Shown here in pieces: positions 16,470-26,919 of a stretch of 37,999 nucleotides of DNA. A program made the position numbers and the translations under genes. The stretch comes from Fidelibacterota bacterium (GTDB lineage: Bacteria > Fidelibacterota > Marinisomatia > Marinisomatales > TCS56). The notes under the pieces were generated by a model. That model saw nothing but the letters and a program-made list of their open reading frames with translations, was not told the DNA's origin and did not search any database. The number at the start of each line of letters is the position of its first letter. The stretch's first letter is position 1. The stretch spans positions 1 to 37,999 of the forward strand of contig JBDRBK010000033.1 of the NCBI GenBank assembly GCA_043822705.1. The letters are read 5' to 3'.

Positions 16470-17747
16470 TTAAATTAACCCATCCTCAAACAAAAATCCA
16501 AATTTTAAATAGATTTTGTCAGCGATATAATGGCTGCCGAAAATCAGACCGGTCCTTCCACCGCCGGTCAGTTCCAAAATCCGGTCGAATGCAGCTTCGA
16601 TCGGCAGAATTTCATCCGGGCAGACACCCTGTTCGGTCAGGCTGGCGGCTAACCGTTCCGCCGTCATCAAACCATGGTCCGGAGAGGAAGTGACCACCAG
16701 ATATTTGAACGCGCCCCGCAGCACCGCCGCAATCGAACCGATATCCTTATCGGCTTTCAATGCCAGCAGCCCGATCGGTTCCCCGGTGGAAAACTGCCGC
16801 ACCCCGGCCAGCGCCGACCGGATGCCGTGGGCATTATGAGCGACATCGTAAAAAATTACCGGTTTCCGTGAAAGCAGTTGCATCCGTCCCGGCCATTTTA
16901 CGGTTTTCAAGCCTTTGTGAATGATTTCGTCAGGGATCTGCCGGTCAAAGGCTCGCACCGCTTCCAAGGCGGTCACGGCGTTCGACATCTGGTGCTGCCC
17001 GAGCAACGGCGTGGTAAATTCCCGCGCCCGCCAGCGGAATGTCGTACCACCCGCCAGATCAACCTTTGGTTCCTGCTGCGGGAGCCGCACCGGAATTATG
17101 GCAGCATTACGCTGGCCGGCAATTTCCTTCAGCACGATTGCGACTTCCGCTGTCTGGGGCGCCAGAACCAGTGGAACACCGTCCTTGATGATTCCCCCTT
17201 TTTCCCGGGCGATTTCGACGATATGACGGCCCAGGTACTCAGTGTGATCAATATCCACCGGCGTAATTACGGTCACTGCCGGCTGAACAATATTTGTGGA
17301 ATCCAAGCGCCCGCCCAGACCGGTCTCAATCACCGCAACGGTAACCTGGCACCGGGCGAAGTACCAGAAGGCCAGGGCGGTGGTGGCCTCGAAAAAAGTC
17401 GACTGAATACGGTCAATGTCAAGGCGGAAACTGGTGATAAAATCCACAATGTCGGCATCGGCGATCGGCGTTCCGTCAACGCGGATGCGTTCATTAAAAC
17501 GGATCAGGTGCGGCGATGTATACAGACCGACCCGGTGACCGGCCGTCCGCAGGATCGCGGCGATCGTGGCGGCGGTCGAACCCTTGCCGTTGGTACCGGC
17601 AATATGAATTAGCGGGTATTCCAGTTGCGGATTTCCACAGGCCGCCGCCAGGTCCCGGGTGTGCGTCAGTCCGACCTTGATGCCCAGGCGCTGCAGGTCG
17701 TACAGCCAGTGCAACAGTGCTTGAATATCGGTGGCGTTAGCAGTCAT
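16470..17747 (-). CDS. folC: Folylpolyglutamate synthase/dihydrofolate synthase
   Basis: HIAGTNGKGST, GLYTSPHL, FNERIR, ETGLGGRLDSTN, DHTEYLG, EKGGIIK, WPGRMQ, DVAHN. Confidence 0.96.
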   Translation of the reverse strand: MTANATDIQALLHWLYDLQRLGIKVGLTHTRDLAAACGNPQLEYPLIHIAGTNGKGSTAATIAAILRTAGHRVGLYTSPHLIRFNERIRVDGTPIADADIVDFITSFRLDIDRIQSTFFEATTALAFWYFARCQVTVAVIETGLGGRLDSTNIVQPAVTVITPVDIDHTEYLGRHIVEIAREKGGIIKDGVPLVLAPQTAEVAIVLKEIAGQRNAAIIPVRLPQQEPKVDLAGGTTFRWRAREFTTPLLGQHQMSNAVTALEAVRAFDRQIPDEIIHKGLKTVKWPGRMQLLSRKPVIFYDVAHNAHGIRSALAGVRQFSTGEPIGLLALKADKDIGSIAAVLRGAFKYLVVTSSPDHGLMTAERLAASLTEQGVCPDEILPIEAAFDRILELTGGGRTGLIFGSHYIADKIYLKFGFLFEDGLI

Positions 17748-17809
17748 TTTAACGGATATTGGCAGTTACAGAATTAATTCTCAGCCGAAAATATATTACC
17801 CGGAAGGGA

Positions 17810-19300
17810 TTAATTACCCTCGGCCAAAATCGTGTCTCGGGTATTCTTGAATTCTACGATCGCCTGGTAAACTGCTTCGGCGATCTTCTGCCGGTAGGAC
17901 GGTTTCTTCAGTAATTTTTCTTCTTCGGCATTGGATAAAAAACCGGTCTCGATTAAAACGTTGGGCATGCTGGCGCCGACCATCACATAAAATTCCGCCT
18001 GTTTGACACCGCGATTCTGTGAACTGATTTTTTTCGCCAGTTGATTCTGAATCGCCGCTGCCAGTCCTTCGCTTTCCTTGATGAAGGCACTTTGGGCCAT
18101 CGTTGCCATGATCAGAGCCTCGTTGCTCAAAACTGAAAAATTGTTTTCCTGTTCCTCTAACTTGATCACCTCGTTTTCCCGGGCAGCCACTTCAATTGCG
18201 TCGTCAGTCTTTCCCTGTGACAGGAAGTAGGTCTCAAATCCGCGGACCTTTCGATTCTCGGCACCATTGGCGTGAACGCTGACAAACAGTTTACCGTTGT
18301 TGGCGTTGGCGATTTTTGGCCGTTCGAGCAATGGGATGAATACGTCCTCATCGCGTGTATAAACAACTTTAATAGTAGTATTTTTCTCCAGCAATAAGCC
18401 GACCCGTTTGACGATATCCAGATTGATATCTTTCTCCTTGGTTCCGTACCGGCCAATCGTTCCGCCGTCCTTGCCGCCGTGTCCGGCATCCAGAACCACC
18501 GTATCCATATACCAGCGGTCGCGCAGGTCTTTCAGACGGGCCATACTGTCCATTACCGGTGTGCGCAGGGTGATCACGATTTCCGACGGCTCCTGCGTCT
18601 GGTACACTTCGTGGGCCTCGATCTTCGGCCGCAGTTGGAACGCCACCTGGGCCGACTCGTCCAGTTGGTCCACCAGAATCCTCCGGATCGAACTGCCGAG
18701 CTCCGAACGCACCAACGTCGACGAATCGGCCAGGCCGTTGGCCACTGTGATATAGAACCAGCCGTTTTCATGGACAAATGAGCTTAGATTGCCCTCGGGA
18801 AACACCGCTCGGGTCTGCAACCGGATTATCGTGCCGTTGGTCTTTTCTTCAAAGGTGACACCGGTGATGTTAAAATTAATCATATCCACGTCCAGCAACT
18901 GCCGGCTGGAATTATAAAGCAGTCCGGGAATCACCGTTTTTCCGAGGATAGAAAAAAATGTTTCCGCCGGAATGTAGACATCTTCGCCTACGGCCTGAGT
19001 ATAGGTCGGCAGTTGGTAGACCTGCTCATCGACCATAATGAAGCTGGACTGGGCCGAAATTTTCACCCGGTGATTGTTAAGATACAAAACGATTTTCTGC
19101 CGCTCGGGATTGACATAGTACCGGCACGACAGAATCCGCGCCAGATCGATGGAAGAAAAATAAGTGCCGGGACCGCGTTCCAGCGTTTTTAATTTATCCT
19201 GGTGCAGGTCGGCGCGAAATAAAACACGGATCGGCGCCGCCGACAGCAGCGTTTGACAAACCAGGAAGATTATCAGGAGTAGATTACGGGCTTTGACCAT
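17810..19300 (-). CDS. N-acetylmuramoyl-L-alanine amidase (Amidase_3, AmiC-like) with N-terminal accessory domains
   Basis: Signal peptide; VVLDAGHGGKD, EKDINL, TRDEDVFIPL, FVSVHAN, GFETYFL, LIETGFLSN, so the zinc ligands are intact. Confidence 0.93.
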   Translation of the reverse strand: MVKARNLLLIIFLVCQTLLSAAPIRVLFRADLHQDKLKTLERGPGTYFSSIDLARILSCRYYVNPERQKIVLYLNNHRVKISAQSSFIMVDEQVYQLPTYTQAVGEDVYIPAETFFSILGKTVIPGLLYNSSRQLLDVDMINFNITGVTFEEKTNGTIIRLQTRAVFPEGNLSSFVHENGWFYITVANGLADSSTLVRSELGSSIRRILVDQLDESAQVAFQLRPKIEAHEVYQTQEPSEIVITLRTPVMDSMARLKDLRDRWYMDTVVLDAGHGGKDGGTIGRYGTKEKDINLDIVKRVGLLLEKNTTIKVVYTRDEDVFIPLLERPKIANANNGKLFVSVHANGAENRKVRGFETYFLSQGKTDDAIEVAARENEVIKLEEQENNFSVLSNEALIMATMAQSAFIKESEGLAAAIQNQLAKKISSQNRGVKQAEFYVMVGASMPNVLIETGFLSNAEEEKLLKKPSYRQKIAEAVYQAIVEFKNTRDTILAEGN

Positions 19301-19363
19301 ATTTAGAGAATATTATCCGGCGAAGTTATTTCAGGCAGACGTACCATGCAACACGAGTCGGCG

Positions 19364-21238
19364 TCACAGATTTGCCTCGATCAACAATCCGCCTTCGAAA
19401 CCGTCTCGGGACAGTGCTCTGTTTTCCGGGGATAGACATCGAAGCCTGGCGAAAATCCGGTAGTTATTTTTGGTTTGATAACCCAGCCGAAGGCCCGGAT
19501 AATACCCGGAGGCAGCGTAGACGCGGCTGCGCATTTCGCCCGGCAGATTCAAATCCCAGAAATAAATCCGGCTGTCATAATCATCTGTTTTTACCAGCAC
19601 CTGGTCCAGCTCGGCCGACCAGGCAGCAGTCTGCCAACTGATGCGACTATCAACTCCCCAACCATGGGAATAGTTTCCGCCGGACTGAAAATCGACCAGA
19701 TTCGCCTGTAGTCGTATTTTCCAGTGGCGGCTGAAATCGCGATTCAGCGCAATTTTCACTGTTTGGCGTAATTCTTCATTAGCCAGCCCGGAATTTGCGT
19801 AATTAATGGTGTTTTCGAGCGAACGTTTTTCACGTTTCCATTGAAAGCGCAGTTTTTGCCGCCGGGATTGCCATTCCCAGCGTAGGGCGGTCTCGCTGCC
19901 CGATACGACCGATAACATCTTTGCCGCCGGTGCCGATTCACGGTAAATATCTCCGACACAGGTTAATTGATTTCGCCCCCAGTGCAGATTGAGGGACTGA
20001 AATAGACCGGATTCATTTTTCAGATCACCGGACCATTCCGTCAACGGATTTGCCCGCAGGGCGGTATAACCGCCGTCATATTTCCGGATCAGCAACAAAT
20101 AGTGCAGGGCCGACCGCAACCGGACGGAAACACCACCGAGCTGCCCCCGACTGGCATTAAAGCCGTGAGCAATTTCACCAAACATGTTCAACGATCCGAA
20201 GGACTTTGAACCAAAGACGGAACCAGAACCAAAATCGGTGCTGGAGCCGCCGCGATCCGACCAGCGCGAATGTGCCAGCGTTACACCCCCGGTATATTTT
20301 TCACGGCCGATTTCCCAAACGCCGCAAACAGCGTTTTCCATTAGTCCGGCCGGCGGATACACACCCGCAGCTGAGCGATGTAACCCAACCAGGTCGATAT
20401 CAGGGTAACCGGGAAACGGCAGCGTACCGTGTCGCCGGTTCCGGCTCGCCGATACAACTATTTTCTGACCGGCACCGCGCCACTGCAAGGCCAGTCCGCG
20501 CAGTGCCCAGGCTTCGTGTGTCGAACGATAGGACTGCAAACCGGGTCCCGGACGTCCGGCACTTTTACCCGTATCAAATCCCTTGTATCCCGGGTTTGAG
20601 CGCCAAAGATTGAGTCCGTACCCGGCAATAATTTGATGGTCGCCGATGATCCAGTCCAAGTCACCGGCTTTCCCTTGCCAGTATCCACCGGCAAAATCGG
20701 CGATAGCCAATTCTCCCGGATCGCGTTCCAGTAACAGCCCGCCTTGGCTATTCTCACCAAAATCGACCTTGGCGCGCCACAGATACCGAACATCGCTGCT
20801 GAAGACGACTAATTGCCGCAGCAGCAAATCAGTGCTGGAAAATGGTTCATTTTCCAGCAGGACGGCAATCAATTCAGCGATCGCCGGCGACAGGTCGGCT
20901 GTCACTAAATCGGCCCGTGGATTGGTGCTCCCTGCCAAGCGCCTGATCTTCCTGATTTCTTGTTCATCGACGATCGATAATTTCTCGATTGCGGCGATTG
21001 CCACTGCCGTCAAACCACGATTCTGGCGTAGCAACTCATCAATAATGATAATATCTTCTTCCGGCAGTGGCTGCTCCGCGTCGGGATGCAGTTCCTGCAA
21101 GAGCCGATCGATTGTCTGGGCGGTCAGGGTCTCAGCGCCGGGCGCTGCCAAAACCAAGACTAAAAACCCGTGACAAGCCCAGTTGCGGATGGGTGATGGT
21201 ATGATATTCAACACTGATTCCCTTGACTGTAAAACCAA
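19364..21238 (-). CDS. Hypothetical outer-membrane protein resembling the FCB 'ComEA/helix-hairpin-helix domain' beta-barrel family; start uncertain
   Basis: LLERDPGE..IADF, IIGDHQ..AGYGLNLW and DDYDSRIYFWD motifs; beta-strand-rich. The track start overlaps the upstream gene by 107 nt, so the true start is probably further downstream. Confidence 0.55.
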   Translation of the reverse strand: MVLQSRESVLNIIPSPIRNWACHGFLVLVLAAPGAETLTAQTIDRLLQELHPDAEQPLPEEDIIIIDELLRQNRGLTAVAIAAIEKLSIVDEQEIRKIRRLAGSTNPRADLVTADLSPAIAELIAVLLENEPFSSTDLLLRQLVVFSSDVRYLWRAKVDFGENSQGGLLLERDPGELAIADFAGGYWQGKAGDLDWIIGDHQIIAGYGLNLWRSNPGYKGFDTGKSAGRPGPGLQSYRSTHEAWALRGLALQWRGAGQKIVVSASRNRRHGTLPFPGYPDIDLVGLHRSAAGVYPPAGLMENAVCGVWEIGREKYTGGVTLAHSRWSDRGGSSTDFGSGSVFGSKSFGSLNMFGEIAHGFNASRGQLGGVSVRLRSALHYLLLIRKYDGGYTALRANPLTEWSGDLKNESGLFQSLNLHWGRNQLTCVGDIYRESAPAAKMLSVVSGSETALRWEWQSRRQKLRFQWKREKRSLENTINYANSGLANEELRQTVKIALNRDFSRHWKIRLQANLVDFQSGGNYSHGWGVDSRISWQTAAWSAELDQVLVKTDDYDSRIYFWDLNLPGEMRSRVYAASGYYPGLRLGYQTKNNYRIFARLRCLSPENRALSRDGFEGGLLIEANL

Positions 21239-21956
21239 TCCCGGTTAATATTTGGGCCGGGTCCGAATAGTAGCCTACGACAAGCCCCAACCAGTGCAAC
21301 GGTCGGGCCACCAGATCAAAATATAATCTTCCCGGATATTGCAGATCCTGTTCCCAGCGGATAACGCCGCGATAAAGTGAGCCGCTTCCGATTCGCACCC
21401 CGGTCTGAATTACCCGGGGTAAATCATCAGCCAGGCGGGACATCCCACCACAATAAATATTTTCAAGGATTGTAAACCAGGATATATTTTCTTCCAGCAA
21501 AATCGCCCAGCTTAATTGACCGGCCCAGGCCGACAGTGTTCCGTAATTCCTTATGCCGACCTGGTAACCGACCAGACCAATTCCCAGGCGGCAGCGCTGG
21601 CTATAACGATAGACAGCCTCGATATTCCCGAGTCTTTCCTGATACAGTTGCCCCGCCCCCAGTGTTTGTCCGCTGAGCGCGAATGACCAGCGTCCGACCG
21701 GCAGGCTGATAAACAACGATTGGTATTCGAGTTCCGGAACGGCGAAAGGAACGGCGCGGGTAACCAGCAGCATAATATTGGGGCTATTCGAATCGCGTTC
21801 TTCATAATCAGCCGGATCGATTGCGATAATCCGGGCGGAACTGCTGTTAAACAACAGCGGCGAACCGCCGCTGAACTCGAAGGCGGCCCGCAAGATGCCG
21901 GCGCAGCTTGACAGCCAAACCAATATTAAAAGAATCACCTGACACATATGACACAC
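21132..21956 (-). CDS. Hypothetical outer-membrane beta-barrel protein
   Basis: Signal peptide followed by AFE; PFAVPEL, G...YQE, IRNYG and HPQLGLS motifs, recalled from the small barrel that precedes the HhH-barrel gene in FCB genomes. Confidence 0.55.
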   Translation of the reverse strand: MCHMCQVILLILVWLSSCAGILRAAFEFSGGSPLLFNSSSARIIAIDPADYEERDSNSPNIMLLVTRAVPFAVPELEYQSLFISLPVGRWSFALSGQTLGAGQLYQERLGNIEAVYRYSQRCRLGIGLVGYQVGIRNYGTLSAWAGQLSWAILLEENISWFTILENIYCGGMSRLADDLPRVIQTGVRIGSGSLYRGVIRWEQDLQYPGRLYFDLVARPLHWLGLVVGYYSDPAQILTGIGFTVKGISVEYHTITHPQLGLSRVFSLGFGSARR

Positions 21957-22058
21957 CCGACCCTAATTCAAAATACAATTGGGGTAAGTTACAGCCGGCA
22001 GCTGAAATTTACAATTCCGTTGGACTCTTTTAGATATTTACCCCGCGAATTGTGCCGG

Positions 22059-22964
22059 TCAGGGCCGCGACGCCTGCCGTGCGCCGCGAATTACACTCTC
22101 AACCACCAGATAACGGATAAAAACCGGCAGCGGCATAACCGCTGTGATCGACCGGACAAGTAATCGTACTACACAATTGAATGCCAGATAGCCCTTGATC
22201 GAATCGATCCAGCCACCGGCCAGCTCGTTCTTGAATTCGGGGTATCGTTCCAGCAGCCGTGGCAGATTATCGTGGCCGTAGTTTTCCATGGCCCGACAAA
22301 ATTCGGCAACCGAGCGTTGATGGTAATGTTCGGCAACCGCTGTGCTTGAATAATGCAATCCCCTCGGATAAATCCGATACAATCGGATGGCCAGATCGGT
22401 ATCCTCGCCGCCGTAGGTGGTTATTGTTTCATCGAACAGGCCGGCTTGGACGAGCGCCGTTCTGCGGACAATTGTGTTATGAAAAAGGAAATACCGGAAA
22501 TCAATCGGTCTGTCTGCGTCGGTCTTGCGGGCGCCGCGCCAGTTACTGTAAAAATACCGATCCAGACGATTGGTCGTAGATTCGGAAGGCAGTTGACTGT
22601 CGCCGATCACCCCGATCACGGTCGAATCGGCAAACTCGGGCAGCAACACCTTGAGCCAGTCCGGCCGGACGACCATATCGCTGTCCAGAAATGCCAGGAA
22701 CTCGGCGTCCGTCGCTTTTATACCGCTGTTGCGCGCCGCCGCCAAGCCCCGGTTGGATTCATGCCGCAGTAATTTAATCCGGTCGCCGAAACCGGCGATA
22801 ATCGTCGCGGTCGAATCGGTTGAGCCGTCGTCAATGGCAATTATCCGGATTTTTTCCGGCGGATAATCCTGAGCCAGCACCCCGCCGAGGCATCTTGAGA
22901 CGACTCCGGCCACATTACGGCAGGGAATTATTACCGCAACTTCCGGAAACTGATTTAAATCCAT
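22059..22964 (-). CDS. Glycosyltransferase family 2
   Basis: VAVIIPCRN, IDDGSTD, NRGLAAARNSG, FLDSD (DxD), GGEDTDL. Confidence 0.92.
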   Translation of the reverse strand: MDLNQFPEVAVIIPCRNVAGVVSRCLGGVLAQDYPPEKIRIIAIDDGSTDSTATIIAGFGDRIKLLRHESNRGLAAARNSGIKATDAEFLAFLDSDMVVRPDWLKVLLPEFADSTVIGVIGDSQLPSESTTNRLDRYFYSNWRGARKTDADRPIDFRYFLFHNTIVRRTALVQAGLFDETITTYGGEDTDLAIRLYRIYPRGLHYSSTAVAEHYHQRSVAEFCRAMENYGHDNLPRLLERYPEFKNELAGGWIDSIKGYLAFNCVVRLLVRSITAVMPLPVFIRYLVVESVIRGARQASRP

Positions 22965-24040
22965 CCGGCCTCCCGATAGTAGCGGTACAGCACCTCCGCG
23001 GTCTGGTGCAGATCATGGTATTGCACCACCCAGGCGCGGGCCCGGCGTTTATATTCCAGTATCTTTTGTTTATCCCGGACAAGATTTCGCAGATCATCGT
23101 ACAACGTCGTTCCGGTGGTATTGACGAATGGATGGTCCGGAATAAAAGCTACATACGGCGGTACCAGTTCGGTCGCGCAGCACAATCCCATGCTCAAAGC
23201 CTCCACCGAATTCATGCCGTAGCCCCAGCCGCCGCGATTATGCACCTGATCGATCAGGATGTCACAGGTCTGTTTGATCGAACGAACTTCCGCATGCGGC
23301 CGGTTTTCCAGCAGAATGAATTCAATCCCTTCCTCCCGGTTTAACTGTTCACAAATGGGAATTATCGTCTCGCTGCCTTTGTAATAACGGTCGGTCGGAC
23401 TGTGACAGATGCGGATCGGATCGTTCACGGCCGGAACCGGCGCGAATTGACCGGTGTCAAAAGGCAAAAACAAGTAGCGCAGTTTGGGGTGTTTATTCAT
23501 TAAATCCAATTCGCTGGTGACATTCAATCCGCTCAACCGGTCGATAACCGGCAGCACACCCCGGGTCCGTAAATCCTGGCCGTGGTAAGCACAGACGATC
23601 GGTTTTCCGCGAGCGGCCAGTTTTCGCGCAAAACGACCGTCGCGATAAAATTCGAGTCCCCACTCGAAATGAATAATATCAAAATCCAACAACCCGTATT
23701 TCCGGATTGCCGGCTCGACCTTGAAATGCCAGAGCCAGTCACGGAATTGGAAATACCGGTCCTCAAGCCAGCTGTTGGGCCACCACTCCGGCGGATAACC
23801 GGGGCGCTCGGAATAGTCCCCCAGTTCACCCCGGTAACGTTGGTAATAACGGTGTCGCCAGCGCATATAGCGGGAATTTGCCGCCACCAGCGGCAAGTCC
23901 AGGCAGATACCGGGATCGTAGTCGTGTTTAGTCCGGTACAGCGTAATAAACAGGCATTCGTTGCCCCGGGCCCGGTGGGCCTTTTGCCACAGACTGAGGG
24001 TGCCGACGGTATTTTCAGGGGCGATGTACAGTATTTTCAT
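22955..24040 (-). CDS. Glycosyltransferase, GT-B fold (GT4-like)
   Basis: MKILYI start, YHGQDLR, ICHSPT...KGS, DILIDQ...GYGMNSVEALSMG, AWVVQYHD. Confidence 0.8.
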   Translation of the reverse strand: MKILYIAPENTVGTLSLWQKAHRARGNECLFITLYRTKHDYDPGICLDLPLVAANSRYMRWRHRYYQRYRGELGDYSERPGYPPEWWPNSWLEDRYFQFRDWLWHFKVEPAIRKYGLLDFDIIHFEWGLEFYRDGRFARKLAARGKPIVCAYHGQDLRTRGVLPVIDRLSGLNVTSELDLMNKHPKLRYLFLPFDTGQFAPVPAVNDPIRICHSPTDRYYKGSETIIPICEQLNREEGIEFILLENRPHAEVRSIKQTCDILIDQVHNRGGWGYGMNSVEALSMGLCCATELVPPYVAFIPDHPFVNTTGTTLYDDLRNLVRDKQKILEYKRRARAWVVQYHDLHQTAEVLYRYYREAGWI

Positions 24041-25143
24041 GCCGGAAACAAACTATGGTAAAATTTACAGATTTTTTCTTTCAGTTCATCGCGGCCGTAT
24101 TTTGCCGTAATCAGACGCCGCCCGTTGCACCCCATTTCCGCCCGCAGTGCCGGTTGCCGGTACAGGCTCAGAATCGTTTCACTGACCCGCAGGGGAACGA
24201 GATCGGGTAACACAATCCCGGTTTCACCCTCGGCGACCAACTCCTCGGTGAATGGCGATCGTCCGCAAATCACTGGTATACCGCGCGCCAGAAATTCCAG
24301 TATTTCCGGCTGCCGCCCGCGCTGGAAATATTCATTTTCATTCGGCGTGGCCAATCCAATTACCGCCGTATCGGCATACGCACTCCAGCCGGCCGGACCG
24401 GCCAGAATCACAGCTTCTTCCAGCAGCATGTCCTGAATGGTCACCCGCAGAATCGGCAGGAAATCCTTTGAAAAATGTCCGGTTAACACCAGTACCGCCT
24501 GTGGCAATTCCAGCCGGACCTGAAAAAAAGCCTGCAGAATGCAATTGACATCGGCAGGATGGCTCAATTCACCACCATAAATAATGATCGGCAATGAATC
24601 CGGCAGGGCGTCACTGGAAACTGTAATTTCACCAGGATAATCACCGATCCAGACTTTACGCCGGCAGAAACGCCCGATTCCGGCCAGTGATCGCGGCGCC
24701 GCCACGATCAGCCCATCGATAAAAATTACTCCTATAATTTCGATGATTTTAAGGACACCCGCTTTAAATCTGGCCAGCAGGGAATCGGTGTTGAATTTCC
24801 AGAGAAAATAATGAAATGTCGGTCGGTGAGCATCATAAATAATGGCGGCATTGGTGAACAACCGGATACACCAGCCCAAAATCAATAATTCCGGATCGTG
24901 CAGATGATAAATCCGGGCGCGCGACTTGAACGCCAGGTAATAACACTTGATGATCCGTGCCAGCCGCCAATGCTGGCGATAAGTCACGATTTTTATCCCA
25001 GCCGGTACGTCCGGAAGACCATCTCCGGGCATGATGATGGTCTGGTTTTCGCAGCAGTCGCTCAGCGCCAGTGCTTCCTGCAAGGTGCGTCGATTCGGCA
25101 TTGCGGAATATATCGTCAAGTGACAGACGTTCGCTATTTTCAC
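24037..25143 (-). CDS. Glycosyltransferase family 4 (divergent)
   Basis: VCHLT, IYHLHDPELL, IIYDAH, IIYGG, LEFLARGIPVI, ETGIVL, RAEMGCNGR; GTG start. Confidence 0.75.
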   Translation of the reverse strand: MKIANVCHLTIYSAMPNRRTLQEALALSDCCENQTIIMPGDGLPDVPAGIKIVTYRQHWRLARIIKCYYLAFKSRARIYHLHDPELLILGWCIRLFTNAAIIYDAHRPTFHYFLWKFNTDSLLARFKAGVLKIIEIIGVIFIDGLIVAAPRSLAGIGRFCRRKVWIGDYPGEITVSSDALPDSLPIIIYGGELSHPADVNCILQAFFQVRLELPQAVLVLTGHFSKDFLPILRVTIQDMLLEEAVILAGPAGWSAYADTAVIGLATPNENEYFQRGRQPEILEFLARGIPVICGRSPFTEELVAEGETGIVLPDLVPLRVSETILSLYRQPALRAEMGCNGRRLITAKYGRDELKEKICKFYHSLFPA

Positions 25144-25176
25144 ACTATCACCGCCGCGATCGGATCATTAATCTGA

Positions 25177-26754
25177 CTAAAGCTCAAACCGTGCACCCAG
25201 TGGTCCGCTTAGATCAATTCCGGCGGCGGCCGCCGCCTGTCGCGCGCAGTCAGCCAAGCGCCCGCTCCGGATTATTTCCCGGGCGGCGGCCAGGTCGGCG
25301 GCAAATACCCGATCCTCCCGGGCGTGGTCGATTTCCGCGCGGATACAATCATGGCAGGCTTCCAGAATCGGACTGGATTGCAGCGGTTCACGGAAATCGA
25401 AGGCCTGGGCGGCCGAAACCAGCTCCACGGCCAGAATGTTTTCCAGATTATCAATAACCTGCAGCAGTTTCCGTCCGCTGATCGAGCCCATGCTCACATG
25501 GTCCTCTTGTCCCAGTGAGGTGGGAATGCTATCGGCGCTGGCGGGAAAACAGAGGTTTTTATTTTCGCTGACCAGGGCGGCCGAGGTGTACTGGGGAATC
25601 ATGAATCCGGAATTGATGCCGATGTCCCGCATCAGCAATTTGGGCAACCCAGAAAATTCCCCATCCAGCAGCAGGTAGGTACGTCGATCTGAAATATTGC
25701 CCAGTTCACTGGCAGCCAGCACGGCGTAGTCCAGCGGCAGGGCCAGCGGCTGACCGTGAAAATTGCCGCCGCTGATCGTTGTTCCATCGGCCAGGATCAC
25801 CGGGTTGTCGGTGACGGAATCCAGCTCGACCAAGACCGTGTCCAGCAGATGGCGCCAGGCAGTGCGGGAGGCTCCGTGCACCTGGGGCATGCAGCGCAGT
25901 GAGTACGGGTCCTGCACCCGCTGGCAATCGGCGTGGGAAGCGGTCATCGCCGATCCCTGCAGCAAGCGACGCAGGCAATAAGCCACATGCCGGGAACCGT
26001 CGAAAGCACGTAGCGAATGCAGTTCATCCGCAAACGGCCGGACCGAGCCGAGTAATGCCTCCAGCGTCATGGCGCCGATAATATCGGCATTATCCAGGCA
26101 GTTCTGAAACCGTTCCAGAGCCAACACGGCATGAGCGGTAATGAACTGGGTGCCGTTGATCAGAGCCAGACCTTCCTTGGCGCCCAGCCGCAGGGGAGCC
26201 AGTCCGGCCACCGTCAGCGCTTCACCACCCGGTCTAATCCGGGCGCCAGCATGAATTTCACCCAGACCGATCAACGGCAGGAACAGATGAGCCAACGGCG
26301 CCAGATCCCCGGAAGCGCCTACCGATCCCTGAGACGGGACTACCGGTGTAATATTATTGTCAACCATCCAGATGATGCGCTCCAGCGTGGCCGGACGGAT
26401 ACCGGAATGGCCCTTGGCCAAAGCCTGTATTTTCAGAATTAGCATCAGGCGGGCGATTTCAACCGGTACCGGATCGCCGACACCGGCACTGTGGCTGCGC
26501 AGGATATTGGCTTGTAACCGCTCCGTGTCGGCAGCGGAAATTGGGGTGGTACAGAGTGGTCCGAATCCGGTATTGATCCCATAGACGGCCTGAGTACCGG
26601 CAACGATTTTGTCGACGATCCGGCAACTTCGCTCGATTTTTTCCCTGGTAGCGGCAGTAATTTGCCCGACGCACTTTCCGCGAGCAATATCCAGGGCAAT
26701 ACGCGGAGTCAACTGCTGTTCGCCGTAGTTGAAATTTACTGGTTCGCGGCTCAT
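25177..26754 (-). CDS. hutH: Histidine ammonia-lyase
   Basis: VYGINTGFG, LRSHSAGVG, GSVGASGDLAPLAH (MIO-forming ASG), KEGLALINGTQ, VQDPYSLRCMPQVHG, SGGNFHGQP, QEDHVSMG. Confidence 0.95.
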   Translation of the reverse strand: MSREPVNFNYGEQQLTPRIALDIARGKCVGQITAATREKIERSCRIVDKIVAGTQAVYGINTGFGPLCTTPISAADTERLQANILRSHSAGVGDPVPVEIARLMLILKIQALAKGHSGIRPATLERIIWMVDNNITPVVPSQGSVGASGDLAPLAHLFLPLIGLGEIHAGARIRPGGEALTVAGLAPLRLGAKEGLALINGTQFITAHAVLALERFQNCLDNADIIGAMTLEALLGSVRPFADELHSLRAFDGSRHVAYCLRRLLQGSAMTASHADCQRVQDPYSLRCMPQVHGASRTAWRHLLDTVLVELDSVTDNPVILADGTTISGGNFHGQPLALPLDYAVLAASELGNISDRRTYLLLDGEFSGLPKLLMRDIGINSGFMIPQYTSAALVSENKNLCFPASADSIPTSLGQEDHVSMGSISGRKLLQVIDNLENILAVELVSAAQAFDFREPLQSSPILEACHDCIRAEIDHAREDRVFAADLAAAREIIRSGRLADCARQAAAAAGIDLSGPLGARFEL

Positions 26755-26919
26755 TATTATTTCTGTGATCCTGCTCTGTTAATTTCTAGTGACATTCGAT
26801 CCAGCTCGGAACAATAATCAATTACAAATATTTTGTTGGTTCCTGTTATGAATGATTAATTTATCACCGAATGATCAGAACACGGAATGAAATCTGCTAG
26901 CGACCGTTCCCAATAATCA

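Noticed and set aside
16460..16473. Perfect 14-bp palindrome TTAACGTACGTTAA upstream of rho
   Set aside because: About 38000/4^7, or roughly 2, such palindromes are expected by chance in a window this size; it also overlaps the folC stop codon and has no second copy that I could see.
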